The translations under genes and the position numbers were made by a program. Under the pieces are notes generated by a model, which did no database searches, was not told the origin of the DNA, and saw only the letters and a list, made by a program, of their open reading frames with translations. A stretch of DNA of 64,000 nucleotides from Vitrella brassicaformis CCMP3155 (taxonomy: Eukaryota > Protista > Chromerida): positions 1 to 64,000 of the forward strand of contig CDMY01000431.1 of the NCBI GenBank assembly GCA_001179505.1, in the 5' to 3' direction. This document shows positions 24,175 through 40,267 of the stretch, one piece after another (within the stretch, counting starts at the first letter, position 1; each line of letters starts with the position of its first letter).

Positions 24175-26192
24175 TCAAAAGGTCGCCATCTTGCCTAGCA
24201 ATCCCCCCGCCGCCCCAGTCACCACAACAGGGGCCACCAACCGCACCAGCAGCGCCGCCAGGACGACCCCCACCGCCCAGATGCGCCTTCTCGTGGCGTT
24301 GTCCCGCCGCAGCATCTCACTGTACTTGATGTCGGCTCGCGTCAGCGATGTCATCACAGAGGGGCTGAAGGCGAACGGGAACAGGCGGCTGAGCAGCCGC
24401 TTGATCAGCAGGTCCGCGAAGAGTTTGAGTTTGTAAGCGGCCGGGGTCCATTCCCTGGCGACGTTTTTGTAGCGATGTGACAGGACGGCCAGCGCACGAC
24501 AGTCGGGCTGGCGCTCCTTCGTGAAGCGCGGCAAAGCCTCTCGCCAATCGTCGTTCGTCGCGTCGAGGATGGTGCTGAGGATCTGCACATCTTCGAGAGA
24601 GGAGCTCACACCCTGGCCAATGTCCTGATTGCATCACACACATCCACACACACACATCAATGTGCCCACATGGATGTGTTGTCTTATTACTGCAGGGAAG
24701 GAGTGGATGGCGTCGCCCATCAGCAGCACCCGGCTGCCGTGATGGCACGTCGATGCGTAACGGGGCAGTGAAAACCGGCCAATCTTGCGCTTTGCAAACA
24801 GCTCGGCCTCGGCCATCGGCACGATCTCGCGAAGATTCCTCACAAACGGCAGATTACCCTCAAGACACCGAAGCACCTCCTCTCCGGTGTTGCAGCCCAG
24901 AATGGGGTGGTCCTTTGTGCAGAGCACCAGCACCACTCGCTCTTGGTTGGCCGGCCCTCCAAAAGATGTCAGTCGGAAGGGAAGCTTCCGATTGCGGAGC
25001 GCAGAGAGGAGGATGATCACAGTGGAGGGCAGAAAGCGGAGCTTCTCGCGAGGGCCCGGCTGACTGGAGGGCTGATAGTCGACGGTGAGGTCAGATGGCA
25101 GGCAGAGCATCTTGTAGCGGACGTCGTTGACCCCGGCAAGGCTGCTGATGTTGGACAGGCAGTGGATGCGAAAGGTCTTGTCGAGGCGCTTCATCGACTC
25201 GACGACCTTTGAGTTGACGCCGTCACAGCCGATCACCAGGTCCGCGTCGATCATCTTTTCCTTCCCACTGCGAGTGTCGCGGTAGATGACGCGCACACAC
25301 TCGCTGCTGGGCTTGTCCACGGTGGCCACTTCAGCCCCGAGGACAACGTGGATGGCGTCGGAGAGGCCGCTGTCGGAGTGGATGTGGTCGTATAGCATCC
25401 TCACGAGGGACTGGCGCTTGAGGGCCGTCACGTTGGAAGGCTTGGTGGCCACCAGAAAGGGAGACCAGTCGGATGGCTTCAGTGTCGTCACATTGGACAT
25501 GTACTCTGATGGATGGATGGACACATACAGAGGCAGGCAGGCAGGCAGGCTGGTAGGTAAGTGTGTTGTGCCGCGTGTCTGGCATGAGTCGCTCATTCAC
25601 TGACCAGGTACGCCTTCTCTGTCCATCCTGTCTACGTCAACGCCAATCGAGCTGAGGGCATTCCTCCCTCGAGGGAACACCCCCAACACGTACGTGCGGT
25701 CCTTCTCTGCGGACAGCGGCAAGGAAAGAAGGAAAAGATGATAGACTCCGATCTGGTTATCTGATCTGGCGTGGACAACGATCGTGTGTGCCTGCCTCAT
25801 CATCCAGCCTACCTGCCAAATACTCCGCCTCATCCATCCTCTCCAGCACAGTGATGTCCCTGATCAACGCAACAAGCGCACACACAGTCCAAGTGTGCAA
25901 GTGCGTGCGTGTGTGTGTGGGTATACCGATAGCCTCTTCTCGCGAGCATGATGGCCGTTGCAAGGCCTGTTGGTCCGCCACCGGAGATCACTATCCGCTC
26001 AGGGTGTGGACGAGAGGGAATGAGTTGCTGCTGCTGCTGCTGCTGCTGAGTGGCCGTGAAGGCAGCTGGTGCCTGATGAGTTCGCGTCAGCCATGGACGC
26101 GCAGAGTGTGACCGATGCAGCCGAAAGCCACATGCACAGTAAGACAGCACGAGGAAGAACGAGAGATGACAGATGAGATCATTGCATGCCAT
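24175..26192 (-). CDS. FAD-dependent monooxygenase, kynurenine-3-monooxygenase-like, with N-terminal targeting peptide and C-terminal hydrophobic helix
   Basis: Rossmann motif IVISGGGPTGLATAIMLARRGY, ITVLER, DADLVIGCDGVNS, VLLMGDAIHSFP(A)|DIGQGVSSSLEDV, C-terminal IWAVGVVLAALLVRLVAPVVV. Confidence 0.85.
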
Positions 26193-26493
26193 GCCGTTTG
26201 AAGCAATAGGGAAGACCGTGCCGCGTCCTCCTGAAGACAGATCTCTTAAACTCCTGAAGGCAGATTTCAGCTGTTTGCTCTCAGCCTCTGCGAGCTTAGC
26301 CTGCGAGCAGTTTTTTCTTGTACGTGATATCCGCCGTGTGTTAACGCGTGAGCAGACAGATCTGCAGTGAGAAAAGGCCAGAAGGCTGAGTCAGATCCCC
26401 AGTTGACCATCCCCGCCGAGTGTCACTGGGCCCCACGAAGAGAGAGACGCTCGCCCGGTCCAAGCAGGGCAGCCCGTTCCCCACACACAAATC

Positions 26494-29400
26494 ATGGGCA
26501 ACCTGACGAGCGTGCCCTGCATCCCCATCGCCAAGGACGCCGTACCATTCACTGCATGTACGCACACACAAACAGCAGTGCACTGCAGTGCATCGCTCAT
26601 GGGGGCGTGCGAGGGCCTGTCTGTCTTCCTGTGATGCAGGGAGTGTTGAGTGTGTGGAGGAGCTGGTGGGTTATGTGGCTGACAACGAGGAGGGCTCCTT
26701 CAGACTCACCAAGTGGAGGATGCTCTCCGTCCTCGGCAGCCAACACCTTGTGGATGTCAACAAGTGAAAGGCTTCCTGCCACTCAATGGCTCTCTCTCTC
26801 TCTCTGTCTCTCTCCGTGCGCGTCTGTTCAGTTTGTTTACCTTGTATGAGCCAGGGTGTGTGTCTGGTGCCGTCAACGGCCTATCCGTGGCGACCGGCCT
26901 GCTGCTCACCAACCGGCACATGTCGGTGGCAGAGCGCACCCGACGGTGCCTCGCAATGTTTGACTGGAACAACCGGTCCGCATCAGGGAGAGACGCTTTC
27001 ATGAACGCCAGCACGTGTGTGTCTCTGCATGTGACATGCGATCAGGGGAGGTCTGGACGCGATGGATTTGGCTATGCTGATCCGGACGGCGTCCCAGGCG
27101 GTGACGGCCCTCACACAGGGGTGTCTGCATGAGGTGACAGACGAGCAGGTGGCCAGGTGGTGCGCACTGGCTGTGCCCGACAGCCAACTCCCAATGCCCA
27201 TCAGGCAGGCAGTTGTGCATTCAGTAGCCACACCCCTTCGCTCATTCACTCGGAACAGCCTTTGCCGATTCTCTGTCTGCGTTGCGTATGCAGTGGTCTT
27301 GAGGAGTGGGCAGCCGAGAATGAGGACATCTGCATGTTCTTTGGAAAGTTGGCATTCTCACAGCAGGTACGGTGCCTACCCACGGGGATTGGGTGTGTGA
27401 GCCCTTCCGCTATTTTGCCTGTCCATATGTCTGTGTAGGATGCGGAGGCCATCACGCTGGCCTCTCGCCAGGCCGAAGAAGATCGGTTAGTACCATGATG
27501 CTTAATGTGCTGTCGCTCAGATTCCATCTCTTTCGTGTGTCCTCATCTGTGTGCAGCGCAGCACAGGAAGCCGCGGCGGCAGCAGCAATAGAGGAGGAGC
27601 AGATACAGGTATCCAAAGAGCCAAAAGGCGTACTGAGCGTCGACCCACACACAGCCCATGTGTGTGTCTGTACATGTCTAGGAGCCCCCCGATGCACACA
27701 AGGAGGGCACTCGGCTGCGTGAAGTCCAGCAGCAGCCACACATGGCCGAGGAGGGGCAGGGGATCGTCCCTGCTGATGCAGAGGGAGAAGAAGTGGCGGC
27801 GAGCCATGACTATCTGGAAGGCATGTACCGCATCAAGCTTGATGCCGACAAGCTGAGGGCATCACTCGAGGCAGCCAACCAAGATGAGAAAGAGAGACAT
27901 GAGGTGAGATCAGCTGCTCTCTTCACCCACACACACATCCATCCATCCATCCACTCTCATCCGTGTGCGTGTTTGTGTGTGCAGGTCGAGAGCCGCATAT
28001 CGGCGTTTAGAGACGCCCTCGCATCCATGAGAGCCACACTATCCTCGCACCAGCAGGCCCTGCCCACTCTGCCGGCAGAGACACTGCCCACCCTGCACAC
28101 ACTCACATCTCTCCATGCCTTTCTGCTGCCAATCATGGACTCCGCCCTCACACACGACCTCTCATCTGTGCCAAATGAGAGCGAAGGTGGTCATCAGGGC
28201 GTAAGTGTGGCTGTGGGACACGTGGTTGGCGTGGCGAGGGAGATGCGCGTGCTCCGGTGCGTGTGCGCCGCGGCCAAGAAGGCCTATGGGAAAGTGCAGT
28301 CGGCCATCTATGACGGTCGGTGAGCTGACAGGAACACAGAGATGAGGGCATTACCTGTAGTGTCTTTCGTGTGTGTTGTATCCCTCAGCGAGTGCGCTCA
28401 AGTCAGCCGAGGACGCACTCGGGTCGTTCCTCACCTCCCACCCCCCTCACACAGAAGTAGTAGATGAGGGCAGTAGGGATGACACTGATAGCGATGTGCG
28501 GGGGGCCCTGAGCAGCAGACTGACCCGCCTGCACACACTCAAGATGAGGACACTGCAGCAGCTCTACCTGCTCACCACGGTGAGAGAGATATGACTAGGT
28601 ATGTGCAGCGATCCATTCGGCGTCTCGTGTGGCTGTGGTGTGGTTGACAGCATCATGAATCCCCAAGAGAAGAGTTGAAGAGGTTAGTCACCTGTCTCTG
28701 TCTGTGTCTCTGCGCAGTCAAGAGGCACTCACTGTGTACACGCGCTTTCCTCTTTTTCTGCAGGTCTCTGTGTCGCGTGCAGTGCGCTATCGATCAGTGT
28801 GCCCACCTTATGAAGGACGACCAGGGCCTCAATCCCGATAAGAAGCAGGCCGTTTCGCGCACTCACAGCGAGGCACAGACACTGCAACAGAAGACGCAAA
28901 ATAAGGCACGTTTGCAAGAGAGAGAGAGAGAGAAACATACACTGCGCCGCCTGTTGTTTGCAGATGAGCTCTTTGTGTGACATTGTGGGTGCCTTGGGGG
29001 ACTACTTCGATGAAGAAGACGAGATATGGAGCGATCCCGACCCAGACAGTGTCACAATCCGGCTCAAACAGAGGCTTGCCGACATCAGGAAGCAGGAAGA
29101 GTGAGCAGAAGCACACAGTGGAGCCAATATGCACGTCAACCTGTGTGGCTGTGGATGGCTGTTGTGCGTGTAGGTGTTTTCGCTCTCTCTTGCCCGAGAT
29201 TGTATCGTCCGAGTCGGATCCACAGATGGTGCATGAGGAGCTCAAGAGGAAATACGGTAGTCAAATAGCGAGACAGAGACATGGGATGGAGATCGTTCTG
29301 TCTGTGTGTGTGCGTGTGTGCATCTAGATGACCTGTGTGCGCGTCGTGTGACGGCCGACATCCACTCGCACATCCATGAGCACGACGCCAAGGCACTCCA

Positions 29401-32210
29401 CACATACCTCACGTACGACAAATCAGACAGACACACACGGACATATGTGCCCTGATATGACGCAGTGCGTGTGAGGGTGCCGTGTTGGCGACCGAGGCGC
29501 TGTCGGCCGTCACCTCATCCCTCGCCGCGTGTACGTGTGTTGCAATGAAGAGGGCAACGAAGGTCTGTCTGTATTTCGTGTGTGGGCCTTCAGCGTCGCC
29601 GTTGGACGTGGAGATGGCACGTCTCGATGCTGCACAGTGGATAGACACGTACACACGCCCACCGCAAGTCACATTCATGACAGACAGACACAGACGTCGT
29701 GTCTCTCTCTTTCTATCAGTCCGGCCATATCTGAGATGGCCACACTTCACGAGACGCCAGACTACCGCGGTTTCAGTGCCGTTCCCTTCTCAAGTGTATG
29801 TCACACTCCCGTGGACACATGTGCGTGTTGCGACTTTGAATGCATCTCTTCGTCTGTCCGTCCATCAGGCATTTCCCCGCCGTGTGTTGGAGGTCGCCCG
29901 CTCACTGTGGCGAGAGGTGGAGCAGCACGGGCGGGGATGCACATGGATACAACAGCAGTCCACACCATCACCATCACCGCCAGTACCACCACCACCACCA
30001 GCAGAAGCGACCCCAGAAGACACAGACGGCACAGAGCAGCAGCAGCCACAGCAGGCCGCTGATGAGAGTGTACAGCAAGATGAAGAGGGAGCAGCACAGC
30101 CACCACAGGGACCACAAGCACACGAGGAGGGTGAGATTGAGGGTGGTGGTGAGGAAGAGCCAGTGCATGATGAGCCGGCAGCTGAGGTGGAGCCGCCGGT
30201 GCATGAGCCCGTCGATGTGGGCGAGATGGACATGGCCAGGGTGTTTGAGGAAATGACCAGACGACTCATGCTGACTGCAGTGGATGACACTGAGGCTACA
30301 CACGACGGCAATGAGATGCCGTTCAAAAGGTGAGCTGGGCGAGAAAAGCTCTTACATGGCTTGTGTGGACCAATGAACGCCGTGTGCGTGTGTCGGCCAG
30401 TGCGTGGCGATTGTCATGCCGGGCTGTGATGGAGCAGCTGTGCGCGGATACCCCCGATGCTGCTACGATCCTCAACACACTCGAAGACGACACACAAGCT
30501 GACGACACACAGCAGGTAGCACACTTATTCCTGTCTCATCTTCAATCTCTGCCTGTCTTTGTGATGGCGGGCAGGGCGTTGTCGACTCCATCACAAACCG
30601 CGCAGCGGAGGCAAGAGGCAAGGCCACCCTGCGAGCGGCAGTCCAGCACATCATAGGCGATGCCGCCACATTCCAACAGGTAGGTAGCACACCAATGACA
30701 GAGAGACAACTGGCGTGTCCTCGTGTCTGCAGGGCATGTCGTCGATAGAGAAGTTTGTGGAGGACTTCTATCTGCTGTCTCTCCGCTTCACACCCACCGC
30801 ACCCATACACCCATACCTCTCAGCCACACACAGCAACGCAGACGGCATCGTCGGCACCCCTTCGGGAGTGAGTGGTGAGAATGGGGGTGCGGTGGATATG
30901 GTGAAGGACCCTGCTGTGTCGCTTGCCAAGTGTGCCGGTCAGAAAATAATGTGGAAAGAAAGAAAGAAAGTGAGTCTGCCTTTATGCTAAATGAACGGAT
31001 GCAGGCATGTATGCGGGAGTGGAGTGTGTGAGGGAGTGCCATGGCAAAGGTGCGCTGGCACCATACGCGAGACACACGCATGAATGGATGGATGGATTGG
31101 TTGGCCACGTATTCCTTTGCTCTCTCAGACGTGGCGGATGTGCCCACACGCAGACGACTGAGGGATATGCAAAGCGTGAGCAACGAAGCTGCGTTAATGC
31201 CTCTGTCTATCTGTCTGTCTGTCTGTCTGTCTGCAGGAGTACATGTGCATCATGCGTGTCATGGAGCATCACCTGACCACCACAGAGATCGCCTTCGTCA
31301 CCAACACCGCCAAGCACAACACAGGCGACGCAAAAACCATCAACACGGAAACGTAACACAGAAAGACAGAAAAGAAGTCTAGAAGCGTGCAAAATCCTGT
31401 CCTCTGCCTTTGTCAGCATCTGCAGCATAGTTGAACAATTGGAGTCGATCATCGAGCAGCTGTTTGCCCCCGACACCCATCACCTGATCAGCGCTCTCTC
31501 TGCTGACACGGCGATCGCTGAACATGATGGCGGATGGGCCAGAGTCATCAGTGCCGTGGCGGGCGGCATGGCCGTGGAGGGCGAAAAGGGAGGAGGAGAA
31601 AACAACAACAACACAGGAGACACAGACGTCACGCTGGGCAAAGTGATCACTGACGAAACGTCCATTCAAGTGAGATGGAGAGGGACGGGAGCACACAGAT
31701 GGCTGGATGAATGTGTGTGTCGTGCCTTTGTTCTCCTCACAGTCGATGGCAGACGGCCTCCCTTCTTCGCGTGGCACAGTGGCTGATTTCTCCCTCTGGT
31801 ACATGCGCACCCTCGCACACAGCAGGGGCATCGACGACAGCCAAGTCATGGCGGCGAACGATGCACTCGCCAAACACGCATCTGCCACGCGAATATGGGT
31901 GGGTACATGAGCTGCTCCAGCCACCCTTGATGGATGGATGGATTGGTTCATCAGGTGGCGTCGCACATTCGTGCCGACGTCCTGGGCGAGATACTCAGAA
32001 GGAACGCCAACACAGAAACGGTGCAGAAAGGAACAGGAATCATGTGTCCATGTGGATCTCCTTGGCCCTCGACAGATAAGGCGTGCGGCCATGAAGAGGG
32101 CCTCCTTGCGGTGGCTGGATCGGTTTGCCAATACGCAGATATTCGAAGCCACTGTGAGACACACACAGACACAGAGAGAGGCAAATGACAGTGAGTGTGC
32201 ATGGGGATGG

Positions 32211-32241
<31 letters not shown>

Positions 32242-32930
32242 CAGCGATGGTCGATCGCCGAGTATCGCTGCGCGGCCGTCGACACGCAGCTGACATTCAT
32301 CCAGCCCCTCAGCGCACTCACATTCAACGAGATCGAACAAGTGAGTCAGTCGGACTGTCCGCCCACTCATCCACTTGTCCACATCCATCTGCACGTACAT
32401 AGGACGAGTTGTCGAGGCGTGAGCAGGTCCTCACAGACGAGCTCGAGTCGCTCACCAAAAAGGCTGGCGACCTCACCGATCCAAACGGACACCGGCAGCG
32501 GGCATACAGGAGCGAAGAGGAGGACGGTCTGCGGGAGGGCGTCGCGCTGTGGCAGTCGCTCAAATTCCCATACGTACGTGCGGCGTCAGGACACGAGACA
32601 CACGTGTGTGTTGGGCCTCAACCGATGTGCGCAGGACGGTTGCCCTGTGGACGTGCTGGCGATGCAGCTGAGGGGCTGGCAGCCCATCGACACACGAGAC
32701 CGGCCCTTGCAGCAGCACATGATTGGCATACCCACTGCAGTGATGCTCACCGATAACATGCGGTCAGTCAAAGGGATACACATGTCGAAAGCAGTGAGTG
32801 TGTGTGGTTTGTCTGGTGTGTGTGTGTGTGTGTGTGCAGGAAAATGGCTGAGGTGTGTGGGGGGCTGAGTGCGGTCAGATGGCTGAAGACGGCTCTCCTT
32901 CCACCAGCAGCACAAGACACTGCCCCGTGA
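26494..32930 (+). CDS. Large multi-exon protein (possibly two genes) with N-terminal myristoylation-like start and EF-hand-like segment; remainder unknown
   Basis: Starts MGNLTSVPCIPIAK. EF-hand-like CLAMFDWNN/GGLDAMDLAMLIRT. More than 20 further GT-AG bounded exons with helical and acidic content, e.g. YRIKLDADKLRASLEAANQDEKERHE, EEEPVHDEPAAEVEPP, DELSRREQVLTDELESL, ending near LKTALLPPAAQDTAP*. Confidence 0.5.
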
Positions 32931-33058
32931 TCGATGATATGTCACTCGATGTGTGTGTGTGTTGGGGTAAAAACATATGTGTCGCCATGCTTCTTGCGTG
33001 CAGTACGTATCTCTCTTTGGCGGGATGTATACGTGTGTACGTCTCTACATGTATCCGT

Positions 33059-33128
33059 CCAGCCAGCCAGTCATTCATTCATTCAACAAATGAAACATGG
33101 GCAATTTAGGCGAGATCACAACCGAAAG
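33059..33128. repeat. About 65 bp direct repeat, second copy at about 37327-37389; the two copies bracket the BiP gene
   Basis: ccagccagccagtcatt(cattcatt)caacaaatgaa..atgggcaatt.aggcga...acaaccgaaag at both positions. Confidence 0.8.
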
Positions 33129-34139
33129 GCCACCCGCTGTCCATCCATCCATCCATCCATCTCGTTTGTTTATCGACAGGCCACTGGCGTCACGTCAACG
33201 CACCCAGACAGACAGACAGACAGACAGACAGAGGCAAGCAGAAGGAGGCGATCGACCCATCCATCCGTCTTCGTCGGCTGCACCTCGGCAGCCACTGATG
33301 AGTGCCATCAGTAAGTTCCGCTGCGAAGCTTTCGACACCCCTACGGCACACTGAGGGCAGGTAAGCATCAGCAAGAGGGCAGACAACCTCTCTACCCATC
33401 ATGGACGCACTGTGAATCTTCCTTCGTTCCTGCCTGCCTCGTCGGGTCATCCGGTCCGCCGCCAAGAATCAAATCATGACACTCCACCGCCTTGCCGTGT
33501 CAGACTGGACCAAGAGAGACAAGACAGGCAGGCGTCTGCGTTTGCGTGTGCAATGAGACAGAGACGCAATCGATCGCAGATGGCACCACTGATAGGAGAG
33601 AGACGGACCCTAAGGCAGCTGAGCTAGACCAGACAGACAGACCGGTGAGTGAGTTGAAACTTGTAAGTATCGACAGGGGGCTGTAAGGGTATCCACAGGG
33701 ATAAAGCCGGGACCACACGCACGTGCTAGTCAGACCATATTGTACAGTAATGCATCACAGACACCACGCAGGCACGCAGGCACGCAGGCACGCAGACAGC
33801 TAATTCATCCATCCATCCATCCATCTATCCACTGTCTGTCTGTCTGTCTCTCTGTCTGTCTGTGTGCGGGAAAACGGCAGACAGAGATGTTCGCCGATCT
33901 GTCCATCATGCAGGCAGACAGACACGCATTCAGCCCAGTCACCCCCTTTAAGCAAAAATGTTGCCGTGGGAGGCAGCCACACACACACACACACACGGGG
34001 ACAAAGAGAGCGATAACACTCATCCATCCATCCATCCCTCCGAAAAGAAAGCAGAAGTCGACGGGCTACGACGCGACGACGGGAAGCTACCATCTCATTT
34101 GTCTATCCATCCGGGCGATCCATCTGTCTGTCTGTCTGT

Positions 34140-37032
<2,893 letters not shown>

Positions 37033-37163
37033 GATGCTCAAAGATGCCCACAGATACGCAAAGATGCACAGCTACCCCTGCACAGCACCGCTGATTCGTA
37101 CCGATAGCCAAAGACTACACGTGTGAATCGGAGAGAGAGGCTGCGTTGGTGATGCCATCCCCA

Positions 37164-37290
37164 CCACGTCGGGATAGATTCGATCCCCGCCACGTCACGA
37201 CCGCGGCCAAACCCTACACTCCAAACCCTACTAGTAGAACCGTGCATATTAGGTTTAAAACCCAAACCAGTTGCCCAAACCCAACCCTAA
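37164..37290. promoter_or_regulatory. Candidate BiP promoter elements: TGACGTGG (UPRE/G-box-like) and AAACCCTA telo-box-like motifs
   Basis: CCACGTCA at 37190-37197 (TGACGTGG on the BiP sense strand), CCACGTC at 37164-37170, AAACCCTA at 37209 and 37223, AACCCTAA at 37283. All lie 130-260 bp upstream of the BiP ATG. Confidence 0.4.
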
Positions 37291-37964
37291 TGGCTGAGGA
37301 TACAATGTTTTTGGCGGCTGGTCCATCCAGCCAGCCAGCCAGTCATTCAACAAATGAAGCGATGGGCAATTAAGGCGAACAACCGAAAGACCTCGGCAAG
37401 ATTAATATTTCTCGACGAGAGACAAGGCCTCCCCTTTCTTGTTTTCTTCCCCCAAAAGATCGATGTCCGGCCCATCTCAACCCCTCCCGCCTCCTGTTGA
37501 TCGCTTTATCCTGGTTGCTAAAGATGGATTAATATTTCCCCGAGGGTTCCCCCTATGGACGTTCGAATGGCTGCGCTGCCGGGTATGTGTTCAAGATCTC
37601 TCAGTCCATTCTTTACTCCCCGCTGCACGTACGTGCCGCCGCCGGCGTACCCTCCAGGGCCGCGCGGCTTCCCTCAGACCTGCCGCCACGGCCGCAGCAC
37701 CGTCTGCACGGCCTCGCTTCACCAGGTACATAGAATGTTGCATTGTGTGGGCGTTTGTGCTGACAGGACGTGTACGTGGGCCTCCCATCATCGGCAATGC
37801 GGCGGTAGGAGAGCTCACGGAGAGGACTATAAGAGTGGGCACACGTGGCTGTGTGCGTGTGTGGCGTGACGTGTACAGTCGACCACCCTGGCCTCCGGCG
37901 GACAGGCGAGGTGAACAGATGCACACGAGCGAAGGGAGTCAAACCTCACGTGTACTGTTGTCCG

Positions 37965-39249
37965 ATGAATTTATTCATGCAGCAGCCGGCCGCTCAGCCC
38001 GCGCCACACACACCACAGCCACAGCCACAGACACAAGGTCAGCTCAGCTGCAAAGAAAGAGATAGTTCGGATGTATGTCGATATGATATGCAGTCAGTGT
38101 GCTTTTCGTGTTTGCAGACCGCGGCAGGCCGACGCCGGGGTGCGAACGAAGGAGACCTGGCAGCACATGGATCGGTAAGAAGCAGCATTCCCCCCCTCAT
38201 TTATCCCGTCGGCCTTGGTGAAGCATCAGGTCATGGACATCACCGACCTGATTCGGTTTACCGGCTCCTCCGGGCTCTGCGTGGTGGAGAGAATCATCCA
38301 CGAGTGCATCAAGAACGACAATGAGACCAAGGTGCTGAGTGTCAAGTGCCACCAGCCGGGTAAGCACGACAGACGACATTTGAAGGCTGCCAGGTGCATG
38401 ATCCACCGACACCCATTCTCTCCTCCTGTGTCGTGTGCAGGGCGGTCCGGCAACCTGGTGGCGCTCTGGGAGATCATGACCAGCACTAATGCGGACTGGA
38501 CGCCATCGCTGGCCTTCCCCCGACTCTTGCCAAGGCTGCAGATAAAATGGGTCGGACATGAGAGGGGTGCAGGGAGGAATGACGGTTGCGTGGATGTTTT
38601 GTGTGTGTGTGTGTGTGTGTGTACGCATGTCTATGGGCAGTCATGGCCCCCCTTAAAATGACCGACACACCTGCACACCTTTCGTCTCGTGTCGCTTCAT
38701 ATGCTCTTATTCTTTCAGGCTGCAGGAGCGCCTGGAGACGGCGGAGGAGATGGCGTTGCAGGCGGCAGCGGCACGGCAGGAGGAGAGAAGAGGCCGAGCG
38801 CTGCATCATCTGCTGCCAGGGCGACGGAGACCCAGATTCACCCCTGCGTGAGGCCACAAACTAACAAACGTGTAACAGACAAACCAATACCGGCTTCGTG
38901 ATGTCCGTGTGTGCAGGGCCACTTTGGCCTCTGCAGCCCCTGCTACCTGCGGCTGCTGGACCACGCAACGGAGACCCAGCAGCCGCCGAAATGCCCCATC
39001 TGCCGCAGCCGCATTGCATTCCGCACTGTCGGGAGCCTGCCTTGCTCCCCGATATCATGTGCTGGCGTGTATGTGGGTTGTGTCATGGATGTTGTGTGAG
39101 TCTTGCAGGGCACGCACACGCCCACTGCCACACCAGCAACATCTTCAAGCGAATGTTCCGGCCGCACGTCGACTGAGGCGTCGGATGCGGACGAGGACGC
39201 CATCAACCACATCGCCCACATTGGGTACGACCCCCAGTACGAGTCGTGA
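37965..39249 (+). pseudogene. Coiled-coil plus RING-HC gene with two apparent frameshifts
   Basis: LQERLETAEEMALQAAAARQEE, EEAERCIICCQ and ATETQIHPC lie in three different frames within one exon (38717-38847). The next exon GHFGLCSPCYLRLL...KCPICR completes a C3HC4 RING. Confidence 0.6.
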
Positions 39250-40267
39250 CCCCCATCGCCAAGGGAATTCTCAAGGGAGACTTCAAAGAGTCAGTGAGGA
39301 GGGACGATCGAGCATGGGCACACACACACACACCTACCTACACCTGTAGTGTCCGTGATGTGCAGGTGACGAGATATCGGTTGCGGTCAAGAACGACCCA
39401 ATCGGCCTCTCTCTCTGTAGCCGGCCAGCTGTTTTAAGTGTGTGTGTGTGTGTGTTGGTTGATACCTGGGCTACCGCATCGACACACACACACACACACA
39501 CACACGGGCAGCCACTCTCTTTCTCTCTTTCTCTCTGTCTTGCGCTCTCCGTTTGAGGAGGGATTGTGTTGTGTTGTGGGTGGGGGGGGTGCGTGGGTGA
39601 GTCTGGTCTTTTGTTATGCGTGCAGCGGAGACATGCACGCAGTAACACCTATCAGTGGATGTATGAGGTGTTTTCGGGTGGAAGGAAGAGAGAATGAAAC
39701 GAACGATCGCTGTCTACGTTTTATATCTGTCTGACAGGTTTGCACCTTCCCCATGCATGAATACTTTCCCTCTGCCCGTGTCTCAGGAACAGCCAACACA
39801 CGCAATACTACAGAACAAGCACATACGGCCCACCCGCCCGCCAGCCTACGGCAGCTTCCCAACACAGAGAACTCACAGCCACCAAACAATCACTCACGAG
39901 CAGAAAACACAGTGGCGCCATAGCCCACCCACAGGAGCTGCTATGACACACACAGGTGTGTCTCTGCTCGTCCATGTCTAGTTGCAAATCCACTGGAGCC
40001 ACAGACAGACAGACAGACAGCCCTTCCACTGCGGAAGACACATCACGCCGCCACCGCCATAACGGTCAGTCAGTCAGTCAGTCAGTCAGTCAACTCTACT
40101 CTCTCTCTCTCCTCAGCTTGCCTGCGCCGCCGTGCCATGCACACAGCCACCAAGCCATCGGCAGACAACATGGACATGCACATCCGGGGGGCAGACAGCG
40201 GACAGCGTTTCAAAAACCAAAGAAAAAGCACTCACTATCTATCTATCACAGGTGGGAGAGCAGATCT

